Shown here in pieces: positions 1 to 8,739 of a stretch of DNA of 64,000 nucleotides. How positions within the stretch are numbered: position 1 is the stretch's first letter; each line of letters starts with the position of its first letter. Location: positions 248,001-312,000 of IMG/VR virus record IMGVR_UViG_3300028920_000022, one strand, 5' to 3'. The translations under genes were made by a program, and so were the position numbers. The notes under the pieces are model-generated. The model was not told the origin of the DNA. It saw only the letters and a list, made by a program, of their open reading frames with translations, and searched no databases.

Positions 1-1974
1 GATCAATACAAATATGAACAAGATAATCCTAATACGGCCAACCGTATTGTTCATGCATATAATGATTTACAAACAAATGTTCGTAGATTGTCTGATCATA
101 TTGAGAACTTGTTGAAAAAACCAACGGTGCAAGTAGCAGTAGGACCAGCTGAAGTTGACATGCCAATGGCTAAAACTGTTGGTAATGTCTGGACTACACC
201 ATCCACCAAATTAGCGTTGGTTGGTAGCTCTATGCCGAACAATCGTGGTCAGTGGTTGGCAAAACAGTTTGAACAATTGGCGGTTTTAGCCAGCAATAGT
301 AAGAAATGGAAACAAGGGGCTCCTATATTCAAACAAGCTGCAGTTTTTTGTCGCCAGTATGTTAATCAAAACCCAAAACATACATTATGGAACTTGTTAG
401 TTAATTTATCGAAAAACCCAAGTTTTAAATCATATTTTAGTGGTTGGGAAGTAAAAATTAAAAACCTTGAACAGTTGCGTAATATATTCACCAATGTTTT
501 GCCAGCTAAAATTAAATCAGCTAGCGTCAAATCAGTAGTAAAAACAGCCGGAATAGAAGATCCTGACTTCGTTCCCCCAGGAGCTACTCCAACTCCTAAA
601 AAACCAACAGCAAAACCAGGAAACCGACTGGTTCCCAAGAATAGACAAAAAGCTCAGTATGCTCGATATCAGGCGGCTATTGATAAATATCACGATGCAC
701 ACCCTGAGGCAGCTGATGCTGTTATTATAATGCAAAACCAATTGAATATGATTGCTAGTAAGCTTGGTGAAATCGCTAAGCAAACTAACAAGATTACGCA
801 AGAGGAGGTGGCATCGGCGGTAATTAAGTTATTAAGTACAGGTTTGAAGGGCGGAAGATCTGCTCAAGATTCGCTCGATGGATTATGGGCTACTTCTACT
901 AACACAGCTTTAGAAGCTTTACAAAACATAATTGATAAACTTTATCCAGACGATAATATTAAATTAAATAATAATATTAACTATAAATCTGCTAAGGATG
1001 CTGATATTGTGCAGGCAGCTCAGTCCAACAGTAGTATCATTGAAGACATTATTAAGAAAAAGTTTAAAGAAGATTTTGATGTAACGGTTCCAAATACACC
1101 CGACGAGCTAAAAGAAGAATCAACAACCAACCAACCAACCAACCAAATAAGACAAGGCGTTTGGGATCAATTAAACTATGCACGTATGCGTGCTGGCGGA
1201 GCTTGGACTGATATCTCAGAAAACCCTGATGTTTTTGTTCGTGATGATACATTTAATACATTAGATAAATTTGCAAACTTCTTAGAAAGCTATAGGTTGG
1301 CTTCTAGAAAAATGACCGGAGAACTTTGGGATAAATGGTTGGGCTGGTTTGCTATGCGAGCAAATTGGCTTAGAGATCATAACCAAGACACATCCAAAGG
1401 AAAGTACTTAACAGCGGTGCAGACTTTAAGATCTAAATTGCGTAAAGCTATTAGTAAATTAGGTGATAAAGCTGCTAATAATGCATTTTCTCCAGAAGAT
1501 TTAAAACACGCACTAGAAGCTGCAACTAAACCTCCAGGAATTACCCCACCAGCCCAGAGAAGCGACATGGCTTTACCTCTACAGGAAGGTACCGAGTTTG
1601 TTAATAATGTGCCAGATTTTCCTATCAGTAGCGGATCTATATCTTTGCGTAGACCATTTAACTTTCCAAGAACAAATGGAACCCAGTTGGGACGACAACT
1701 GTTGCAATATAACGGAGTTAACAAAAGCACTCTATACTTGAATGATGTGAATGAGTTTGTGATAAGTCAATTGGGTGGTCATAACACAAACCAACCACAT
1801 TTAGTTATTCAGGTTCTGCAGAATTTGAAACAGGACATTAATAACATTAAAAACAATTGGTCTGATCTGGCAGAACAACAAATGACTAGACCCCAAAGGG
1901 AAGCTAGAGTTGCTCCAGCTAGTACTTGGATTTATAATCTTAACGCTTTGATTCAAACAATAACCCATATGTAA
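1..1974 (+). CDS. Large hypothetical protein, 5'-truncated by the window; putative internal head protein
   Basis: Frame 1 is open from base 1 (DQYKYEQDNPNT...) into the ORF called at 88, so the true start lies upstream. It sits upstream of the capsid genes; no recognisable domain. Confidence 0.6.
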   Translation, partial: DQYKYEQDNPNTANRIVHAYNDLQTNVRRLSDHIENLLKKPTVQVAVGPAEVDMPMAKTVGNVWTTPSTKLALVGSSMPNNRGQWLAKQFEQLAVLASNSKKWKQGAPIFKQAAVFCRQYVNQNPKHTLWNLLVNLSKNPSFKSYFSGWEVKIKNLEQLRNIFTNVLPAKIKSASVKSVVKTAGIEDPDFVPPGATPTPKKPTAKPGNRLVPKNRQKAQYARYQAAIDKYHDAHPEAADAVIIMQNQLNMIASKLGEIAKQTNKITQEEVASAVIKLLSTGLKGGRSAQDSLDGLWATSTNTALEALQNIIDKLYPDDNIKLNNNINYKSAKDADIVQAAQSNSSIIEDIIKKKFKEDFDVTVPNTPDELKEESTTNQPTNQIRQGVWDQLNYARMRAGGAWTDISENPDVFVRDDTFNTLDKFANFLESYRLASRKMTGELWDKWLGWFAMRANWLRDHNQDTSKGKYLTAVQTLRSKLRKAISKLGDKAANNAFSPEDLKHALEAATKPPGITPPAQRSDMALPLQEGTEFVNNVPDFPISSGSISLRRPFNFPRTNGTQLGRQLLQYNGVNKSTLYLNDVNEFVISQLGGHNTNQPHLVIQVLQNLKQDINNIKNNWSDLAEQQMTRPQREARVAPASTWIYNLNALIQTITHM

Positions 1975-3104
1975 TGACTAAAACTATCTATAACGATGAT
2001 GATACCTTAATGAATGAGATTGCTCTGCTAGAAGCCGCATACTCCTTTGAGGATAGATCTGTTATTAAAAACGCCGGCATGCTCGATGATTTGAAAGGCG
2101 TCGGTCAGTATATCGTTGATGATGTTAAAGGTCAAATAGAACGTGAAGGTCCCTATGTCCTGTTAACTTACCTGGCTCCTTCCGCCTTGGGTTGGCTGTG
2201 GGGTCCACTGGGTTGGGGCGCTTGGTTTGCTACCTTTGTTGCCGACGCTTTGGGCGTCAGTATCGGTAGCGTTATGGCTCAAGCAGCTAAAGATACTAAA
2301 GCTAAATTAGATTCAGGTGAACCATTTACTATCGAAGATGCTGAGATAATTTCCGATAATGCAATTCGTGCCGGTGGAGGAGAAATAGTCCTAAGCTCCT
2401 TCCTGCCTCTCCGAACTATGATTAAAGATGGGAAATTGCTGAGCGAAGCTAGAGATGGGTTGGAAAAGTTTGGCGCCAGAATGCCTAAAGGTGTTCTTAG
2501 AGGCGTGTTTACTAAATTGATTGGCGCCGGCTCCCTGTCAAGAGCTAGAATGTTGTTCTTTGCCCTGCTTAAATGGGGTATCAAAAATGTGATTAAAGCC
2601 GCCGCCCTGCTGGGTGTGACAGGTTATGTTACCGGACAACCACCTACTGGACAACAAAAACCCTCAGAAGAAAAACGTGAGGCTCCTAGAATCTTGGAGA
2701 CCCCTAGATCAATTTCCTCTAAAAGAGCCCTCCCACCTAAACAAGTTAATAACCTTACCCCTAATCCAGGAGTCGGTGTTACACATAGAATTAATTCAGA
2801 TAATAGAGTCTGGATCGTTCCGCTGGTAGGAAATGGGACCGGTCTTAATAAAATCGCTAATACTATGTTCTTTTGGGCAAAACAGGTCTATCAGGAGGTT
2901 AATGAAACCCATAGAAGATTAATTATGACTTCTCCAGCATTTATCCAAATGGTCTCTGTCCTCGCTATGAACTATAGCCCTACCGCACCTATGGGTCTGG
3001 AAATGCCACATAATGAATATCTGAGCGCACCCATTCACTCCATTAAAGATGTGGTCGATTACTTTATCTGGCAAACCGCGCCCCAAATCAAAGGAAATTT
3101 ATGA
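1974..3104 (+). CDS. Hypothetical protein with two hydrophobic Gly/Trp-rich segments; putative internal virion/ejection protein
   Basis: 376 aa ORF whose start overlaps the previous stop. Hydrophobic stretches YVLLTYLAPSALGWLWGPLGWGAWFATFV and MLFFALLKWGIKNVIKAAALLGV. Role inferred from position only. Confidence 0.55.
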   Translation: MTKTIYNDDDTLMNEIALLEAAYSFEDRSVIKNAGMLDDLKGVGQYIVDDVKGQIEREGPYVLLTYLAPSALGWLWGPLGWGAWFATFVADALGVSIGSVMAQAAKDTKAKLDSGEPFTIEDAEIISDNAIRAGGGEIVLSSFLPLRTMIKDGKLLSEARDGLEKFGARMPKGVLRGVFTKLIGAGSLSRARMLFFALLKWGIKNVIKAAALLGVTGYVTGQPPTGQQKPSEEKREAPRILETPRSISSKRALPPKQVNNLTPNPGVGVTHRINSDNRVWIVPLVGNGTGLNKIANTMFFWAKQVYQEVNETHRRLIMTSPAFIQMVSVLAMNYSPTAPMGLEMPHNEYLSAPIHSIKDVVDYFIWQTAPQIKGNL

Positions 3105-3550
3105 GAAACGAAGTCTTTAATAACTATGTTAAAATTGCCCTCGAAAAAGGTTTGATTACTTCCGAAGCTCAGGAAACCCAAACCTCTAATAAAGATTACG
3201 CAGATACTATCAAAACCCTCTATAACCTGGATATCCCCCTTAACGATTCTAAAAAAGATATCATCGAACAGGCTCACCCAGACCCAGTAGTAATCGCTCC
3301 CTCCTATGATAAACTTAATGGTCTGGTCGAAAATGTCAGGGAACGCCAAAATGTTATGGTCGGTATCGCTAGAAAACCCACTAATGCTAACTTGACCATG
3401 CACCGTTACGCTGAGGCTTATCAAGATCTAGTCAATACTTTAGTCTCCCTCGGCTTTAAAATGAGTAATAGAAAACAAAAAGCCCTCCGCATCCTGGCTG
3501 ACGCTTGCTCATATAGACTTACTCAGAAACCTCCCTTTATTAAAAAATGA
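3101..3550 (+). CDS. Hypothetical protein (head region)
   Basis: 149 aa ORF, ATGA overlap with the upstream gene. Confidence 0.6.
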   Translation: MRNEVFNNYVKIALEKGLITSEAQETQTSNKDYADTIKTLYNLDIPLNDSKKDIIEQAHPDPVVIAPSYDKLNGLVENVRERQNVMVGIARKPTNANLTMHRYAEAYQDLVNTLVSLGFKMSNRKQKALRILADACSYRLTQKPPFIKK

Positions 3551-3846
3551 GCATTAACTCCGGTACCTCCCTGGATATGGAAACCGTCCGTGATGCCCCC
3601 TTTTCCGGCTCCGGTCAGGAAAATGGTCCCTACTACTTTGTCAAAAAACCCGACCTCCCCCTTAATGTTAATCCCGCTACCCCCCAACACCCCCACTTCC
3701 AAGAAGATGCCCTTACCCTCGATGATTCCCCAGAAAACTTATATAAAGACGTCCTGGAATTGCTGAATAAGGTCCGTAAACCTTCCCTCGCTTCCTGGAG
3801 TCGAGATGAACGTATTATAAAAATAACAAAAATTTTAATTTTCTAG
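3547..3846 (+). CDS. Hypothetical protein
   Basis: 99 aa ORF, ATGA overlap with the upstream gene; very C-rich sequence. Confidence 0.45.
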   Translation: MSINSGTSLDMETVRDAPFSGSGQENGPYYFVKKPDLPLNVNPATPQHPHFQEDALTLDDSPENLYKDVLELLNKVRKPSLASWSRDERIIKITKILIF

Positions 3847-3847
3847 G

Positions 3848-3860
3848 AATATGTTTGTAT
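3848..3860 (+). promoter_or_regulatory. Candidate phage late promoter motif AATA-N5-GTAT
   Basis: AATA TGTTT GTAT in the intergenic gap before the decoration/capsid operon; variant of the recurring AATA-N5-GCAT motif. Confidence 0.45.
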
Positions 3861-3931
3861 CCTTTTTGAATGTAAGTTTAAAGAGTAAGACAAGCGTAAA
3901 TTAACACACGCTTTTTATTTAAGGATTTGTT

Positions 3932-4633
3932 ATGGCACTTAAACCTTTACAAGCAGGTCGTGAGCCACTCGGTCAGTTCGATGGCTATGATGATGAAATT
4001 ACTCTTGCAGCTGGTGGCTTCAGGGGTGGCGAAGTTTGTACTCTACTCTATATCCCCGTCGGTGGAACAGATAGAGCTGCAAAGGATGCCGATGGCACAG
4101 ATGGTTATGTCGGAACTACAACTCAGTTGCGTCCCGTTGTAACTCGTACCCTGGCTGACGGTTCCCGTCCACTCTTCCTGTCTGATGATGGCTCCTCAGG
4201 TTACGGACAATTGTTCGGTGAACTGATTGGCGCTACCGTTGGTCAGATTGGTAATGCTCCCGGTACCGGTACAGCACTTGGTCCACACACTGCCGCAGGT
4301 AGTGGTAAGATCACTTGCTGGGATAAGCCCGGTCTGTATGCAGTAACCCTGGACGCAGTTGTCACTGGCGCTGCTGGTCTGAGTCCCGCCAACGGTACCC
4401 TCGCTGGTGGAGACCCTCTCTATGCTACCGCTACTGGTCTACTGACTCCAGTTGCAGCGAATGACTTCGATACCGTCGGTATCGTCGTGGCTCGTTTCAT
4501 TGAATTCCAGACTAATGGAAGCTTGGTTACGACTCCAAATACTTTGGTTTCGGCTCTGAACTCTCCATCAGGTACTGCCGCTGCGCGTGCAAACCTGACC
4601 CAGGCTGTGATTCATTTCAACCCAGAAACATAA
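3932..4633 (+). CDS. Putative capsid decoration/cement protein
   Basis: 233 aa, rich in Gly/Ala/Thr, immediately upstream of the major capsid gene with similar codon bias; 2 DGY motifs. Confidence 0.6.
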   Translation: MALKPLQAGREPLGQFDGYDDEITLAAGGFRGGEVCTLLYIPVGGTDRAAKDADGTDGYVGTTTQLRPVVTRTLADGSRPLFLSDDGSSGYGQLFGELIGATVGQIGNAPGTGTALGPHTAAGSGKITCWDKPGLYAVTLDAVVTGAAGLSPANGTLAGGDPLYATATGLLTPVAANDFDTVGIVVARFIEFQTNGSLVTTPNTLVSALNSPSGTAAARANLTQAVIHFNPET

Positions 4634-4645
4634 TAAATTAAATAT

Positions 4646-4704
4646 TGGGGCGGTCGCTGAGCGCCCGCCCCATTTAACAAATCTACCGGTTATATAACAG
4701 GTAG
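4646..4704 (+). promoter_or_regulatory. Two tandem RNA hairpins in the decoration-MCP intergenic region
   Basis: TGGGGCGG-T-CGC-TGA-GCG-C-CCGCCCCA (4646-4672) and CTACC-G-GTT-ATAT-AAC-A-GGTAG (4683-4704), directly upstream of the AGGAG RBS at 4711. Confidence 0.55.
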
Positions 4705-4720
4705 TAAATTAGGAGATAAA

Positions 4721-5740
4721 ATGGCAGGCGAGATTTTTAATAGTAAGGGCGAACTTAATGCAGCGAACCTGCAAGATGCCTTCACCCAAATGGCTAAATT
4801 CGCGTCTGTACTGGAAGAGAATACTCCGTCTAACCTGACCCTCGCAGGACAGCCCTCCATGAACGATGAGAAACGTGACTCCTTAATCGAGCGCGCTATC
4901 ATGAGCCAGGAAGGGAAGATTGCACTAGCTCAGGCGATGGCTAACCCTATCCGTCGGAACCTCGACTACCAGGGAATTGCTCGTAGAGCACTGGTAGTTG
5001 ATCCGCTGCCCCAGGGCGCACTTCCAGTATATGACCGAGATATTGATGTAGCAGCTGTTGTTGTTTCTAGCAATGGCACCGGTCCTGAAAGCCGTGTATT
5101 CGGCGACCGCGTTACGGTTCCTGAGTTTGAGATTTACTCAAACCCAACCGTGCGTATTGCCGAAGTTAAGCGGCGTCGGTTCAATGTGATCGACCGTGCA
5201 GTTCAGAAGAGTCGTCAAGAGATTATGGCACAGGAAGATGCCAACGTCTTCGCCGCGATTGATGCTGCCGCTGCGGTCGAAAACACTGTCTCGGATATCG
5301 CTGATAGCGGTATGCTTAAGGCTGACTTGGTCGACCTTAAAGTCCAGGTTGATCGCTGGGACCTCGTTACCACCAAGTTCTTCATGAATATTAATGAGTA
5401 CACTGATATTCTGAATTGGGCTTCCGGTGGCGGTCAGGGTGCCAACGGTGGCGAAATTGATCCCGTGACTCAGCGCGAAATCCTCCAGACTGGTCTCTAT
5501 GCCCATATCTGGGGCGCCGATATCATGGTGTCAAAGATCGTTCCTCCAGGTACCGTTTATTCCTGTGCAGACCCCGAATTTTTAGGAGTTATGCCGGTTC
5601 GGCAGGACATTGAGGTACTTCCAGCTGACGAGCCTAGGCGGCTAAGTCTAGGCTGGGTCATTAGTGAAATTATTGGCATTGGTATTGTCAACCCACGCGG
5701 TTGCGCCCGTGGCAATAAGAGCACTATCATTGGTGCGTAA
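4721..5740 (+). CDS. Major capsid protein (HK97-like fold)
   Basis: 339 aa with strong RBS and highly biased codon use, followed by a terminator. Segments such as IALAQAMANPIRRNLDYQGIARRALVVDPLPQG and GWVISEIIGIGIVNPRG resemble HK97-type capsid proteins of large uncultured phages (from memory). Confidence 0.85.
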   Translation: MAGEIFNSKGELNAANLQDAFTQMAKFASVLEENTPSNLTLAGQPSMNDEKRDSLIERAIMSQEGKIALAQAMANPIRRNLDYQGIARRALVVDPLPQGALPVYDRDIDVAAVVVSSNGTGPESRVFGDRVTVPEFEIYSNPTVRIAEVKRRRFNVIDRAVQKSRQEIMAQEDANVFAAIDAAAAVENTVSDIADSGMLKADLVDLKVQVDRWDLVTTKFFMNINEYTDILNWASGGGQGANGGEIDPVTQREILQTGLYAHIWGADIMVSKIVPPGTVYSCADPEFLGVMPVRQDIEVLPADEPRRLSLGWVISEIIGIGIVNPRGCARGNKSTIIGA

Positions 5741-5765
5741 TAACAGCAACTAGCTGAAAAAAATT

Positions 5766-5798
5766 AAAAAGGCGGTTTCTTAGGAGATCGCCTTTTTT
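5766..5798 (+). terminator. Rho-independent terminator after MCP
   Basis: AAAAA-GGCGGTTTC-TTAG-GAGATCGCC-TTTTTT: 9-bp stem, U-tract, and an A-tract on the other side (possibly bidirectional). Confidence 0.85.
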
Positions 5799-5829
5799 AT
5801 TTGGTAATTATGAACCTGCGCATCTAATT

Positions 5830-7695
5830 GTGGTAAATTTTATCGAGGGTAGAAACCGTACTAACATATTACACAATAATATGCACGATAAAATCAAATA
5901 TTACATTGAAAATGGGATGGCTAAATTTCGGCTGGCCACCAGATTAAAAATAGATAGCGAAGATCTGAATAAAATAATACAGAAACAAAACCTGCACATT
6001 GTAAAAGAAAAATTCGATAATAATAAAATAGATCATATTCTTAATTTATACGAAGACGGAATATCCGCTAAAGCTTTGGGTTTTAAATATAGTATAGATA
6101 AGAGACGAATAATGCGATGGGCTAAGGAGCGTGGTATTTTCAGAGATAAAAAAGAAGCAGGAAGAACGATTTATTTTGATGAGCACTTAATGGACGAAAT
6201 AATAACACCTGCAAAAGCATATTGGTTAGGTTTTTGTTATGCTGATGCTTATAATAGTGACGAAGCACTTAGACTTACTTTGGCAATTAAAGATATAGAT
6301 CATGTTAGAAAGTTTGCAAAATTTTTTGGTTTAGGTGAGGATAGAGTATTTTATGATGAAAAGTCGGCATGTTTACATTTGCATAGCAAATATTTGTGTG
6401 AAACAATGACAAAACATGGTTGTCCTAGAGCCAAATCGTTTATTATAAAATACCCTGAATGGTTGGATGAGTCTTTAACGGTTCATTTTATTCGTGGTAC
6501 TTTTGATGGTGATGGGTGTTTGACGTTTAGAAAAAGAAACCGAGAATGGAAATGGGACATTGCCGGCACTCATCATTTTTGCAATGGCGTTCGAGATGTT
6601 TTATTAAAAGAAGTGGGGATCAATACATATATTTATTGCATTTCTAAGACAAATAAAAATACATATGTTGTTAGCACATCTGGAAATGAAAAAATTGCCA
6701 CCATATGTGATTGGATGTACCAAGACGCTCATGATGAAATTATGCTTACCAGGAAATACGAAAAGTATTTGCAACTTAAAGAGCAACAAAGAAACCGCAA
6801 AATAGGTCGAGACAAGTACAACATCCCAGTAAAAGCCAAGAGAGACATTTTGACCCGATTAAAGAATGGGGAAGATCAGCAACAGATTGCCGAGGATCAT
6901 GGGATTCATCAGGTTTCAGTAAAGAAAATGGCAACCTACGTCAACAACTTCATCAACACCTATTCTGCTCCTTGTCTTTTGGGCAAGATGGCAAAGAATC
7001 CTACCTGGCATGGCAACATATTTTCCTGGACCGTTTCTAATAAAAACCATGCCGTTGTTGCCAACGATCACATTCTCACCAACACCGACATCGAATATTT
7101 AAAACAAATTCGCCCATTTTCTTTTCATTATATGTTTAAACCAAACATAGACATATTATCCCAGCATTTTGAAATAAGCAAAACCAAGATTAAATCTATT
7201 TTATTAAACGTATCTGAGATAGATGTTACAGGAAACAAGGGAAAGACATTTAGGAATTATATAAATCGATATTCGGGATATGATATTAAGGAAGAGTTAG
7301 GGAATATAGGGGACGCGAAGGATATGATAGATCGGTGGTCGGAGACTATGGGGGAGAAATACTTCAGGGATTTTTCTGGCAAGAATCTATATTTCTTTCA
7401 AAACAATTATCATCAAGATTGCGAATGTATTTTTGTATATGACAAAGACAAATTAATATCATTTGGGGTAGCATCCCCTGGAGCAAAGAGTGTATATGTA
7501 ATAGGGAAGGCATTAGCGCAGGAATATCCCGGGTTATCTGAGTTTACAGATATAAAGTTATATGAAAAGTTATTAAAGAAATATGGGGCATTTCAAATAA
7601 ATTTAGGGATGGCGACGAAGGGATTGATGGCGTACAAGAGCAAGTTTCCTGGGAGTATAGAGCAGGGGTCATACAATGGCAAAGTTATTGTTTGA
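5830..7695 (+). CDS. Fusion protein: HTH motifs + LAGLIDADG endonuclease domain + HTH + DUF2156 (LPG_synthase_C)-like GNAT-fold aminoacyl transferase domain
   Basis: LAGLIDADG helices AYWLGFCYADA and FIRGTFDGDGC. HTH ILTRLKNGEDQQQIAEDHGIHQVSVKKM. C-terminal GNKGKTFRNYINRY...GKALAQEYPGLSEF...INLG...KGLMAYKSKF parallels the DUF2156 pattern. ATG 5881 is an alternative start. Confidence 0.7.
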   Translation: MVNFIEGRNRTNILHNNMHDKIKYYIENGMAKFRLATRLKIDSEDLNKIIQKQNLHIVKEKFDNNKIDHILNLYEDGISAKALGFKYSIDKRRIMRWAKERGIFRDKKEAGRTIYFDEHLMDEIITPAKAYWLGFCYADAYNSDEALRLTLAIKDIDHVRKFAKFFGLGEDRVFYDEKSACLHLHSKYLCETMTKHGCPRAKSFIIKYPEWLDESLTVHFIRGTFDGDGCLTFRKRNREWKWDIAGTHHFCNGVRDVLLKEVGINTYIYCISKTNKNTYVVSTSGNEKIATICDWMYQDAHDEIMLTRKYEKYLQLKEQQRNRKIGRDKYNIPVKAKRDILTRLKNGEDQQQIAEDHGIHQVSVKKMATYVNNFINTYSAPCLLGKMAKNPTWHGNIFSWTVSNKNHAVVANDHILTNTDIEYLKQIRPFSFHYMFKPNIDILSQHFEISKTKIKSILLNVSEIDVTGNKGKTFRNYINRYSGYDIKEELGNIGDAKDMIDRWSETMGEKYFRDFSGKNLYFFQNNYHQDCECIFVYDKDKLISFGVASPGAKSVYVIGKALAQEYPGLSEFTDIKLYEKLLKKYGAFQINLGMATKGLMAYKSKFPGSIEQGSYNGKVIV

Positions 7696-8716
7696 TGCTC
7701 CGATTTATATTGGTGGAACAAAAATAACGAAACATTATATTCAATCATTAACCTATGAAGAGCGAGAAGAGCTAGTTGAGCCATTATTTTTATTATTTCG
7801 AGAGAATGGGTTTATTTATCCTGATGATGAGAGGAAGGTTAAATTAGAATATAAGAGGTTATTGGAGTATGAGCCAGATTTAAGTATAGACGAGGTATTT
7901 AATAATTCATCCTTAGCGACGAGGATATGCAAGCATTATTGTCATTCTTTTTATAAATCAACCGAACCTGGGAAGAAGACATTAATTGAGGTATTCAATG
8001 ATGACGAGTTATTGCGGAGGGTAATACGGAACCGATTAGGGATGGATTGGTATTATGCTGATGGGAAGGGGGATGGAGTAAACGAGGCATTTAATTTTAG
8101 TTTTAAGATGATGATACAGGGGATGAGGAGCATGCGATTGGTACCGAGTATTAGCATGTTCAAGCCCTCGATAGCGAAGTACATATGTTGTCGATATTCG
8201 AAGGAGGGGGATTTAGTGGGGGATTATTCGGCGGGATTTGGGGGAAGGATGTTAGGGGCGGTCAGTTGCGGTCGGAGGTATTTGGGGACGGATCCATTGA
8301 CGGCGGGGGAATTGGACATAATGGGGGAGGCATTGGAGCTGAGTGGGTATGAGGTAATGGGGGTAGGGTCTGAGTGTTTTCGAGGAGACAAAGGGAGCGT
8401 CGATTTATATTGGAGCAGCCCACCATATTACAATCAGGAGAAGTATTCTGACGATTTAAGTCAGGCGTACAATCGTGGGGAGGCATGGTTTTACGATGAG
8501 TACTGGTTGAGGACGTTAGAAAATGTGAGATATATGTTAAAGGCGGGTGGGTGGTTTGGGTTAAATGTGAGCAACAACCCAAAGATGTTGAGCATGGCAT
8601 CGGAAGTTTTTGGGGAGCCGGACGAAGTAATAAAGCTTCGGACGGTGAGGAGTCATTTAAACAAAACGGCGGGAATCACGAAGTTCGAGCCCATATACAT
8701 GTATAAAATCAAGTAG
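7676..8716 (+). CDS. Amino-type (N4-C or N6-A) DNA methyltransferase
   Basis: Motif X-like FKPSIAKYI, motif I DYSAGFGG, motif IV SSPPYY in the order X-I-IV after a long N-terminal region; overlaps the upstream gene by 20 nt. Confidence 0.85.
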   Translation: MAKLLFDAPIYIGGTKITKHYIQSLTYEEREELVEPLFLLFRENGFIYPDDERKVKLEYKRLLEYEPDLSIDEVFNNSSLATRICKHYCHSFYKSTEPGKKTLIEVFNDDELLRRVIRNRLGMDWYYADGKGDGVNEAFNFSFKMMIQGMRSMRLVPSISMFKPSIAKYICCRYSKEGDLVGDYSAGFGGRMLGAVSCGRRYLGTDPLTAGELDIMGEALELSGYEVMGVGSECFRGDKGSVDLYWSSPPYYNQEKYSDDLSQAYNRGEAWFYDEYWLRTLENVRYMLKAGGWFGLNVSNNPKMLSMASEVFGEPDEVIKLRTVRSHLNKTAGITKFEPIYMYKIK

Positions 8717-8717
8717 T

Positions 8718-8730
8718 AATATTGTCGCAT
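8718..8730 (+). promoter_or_regulatory. Candidate late promoter AATA-N5-GCAT
   Basis: AATA TTGTC GCAT right after the MTase stop, 9 nt before ATG 8740. Confidence 0.55.
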
Positions 8731-8739
8731 ATTTTCGAT

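Noticed and set aside
3545-3760. TGA read-through joining 3101 to a longer product
   Set aside because: The read-through frame gives a short Pro-rich low-complexity peptide; the ATGA overlap with ORF 3547 is the simpler explanation.
5830-6800. LAGLIDADG domain as part of an intein or group I intron
   Set aside because: No intein splice-junction residues or interrupted host gene seen; MCP ends with a normal stop and terminator upstream.
7676-8716. Inferring the methyltransferase target from motif depletion
   Set aside because: This needs a k-mer computation I cannot run; GATC is plainly common and no depletion could be established by eye.
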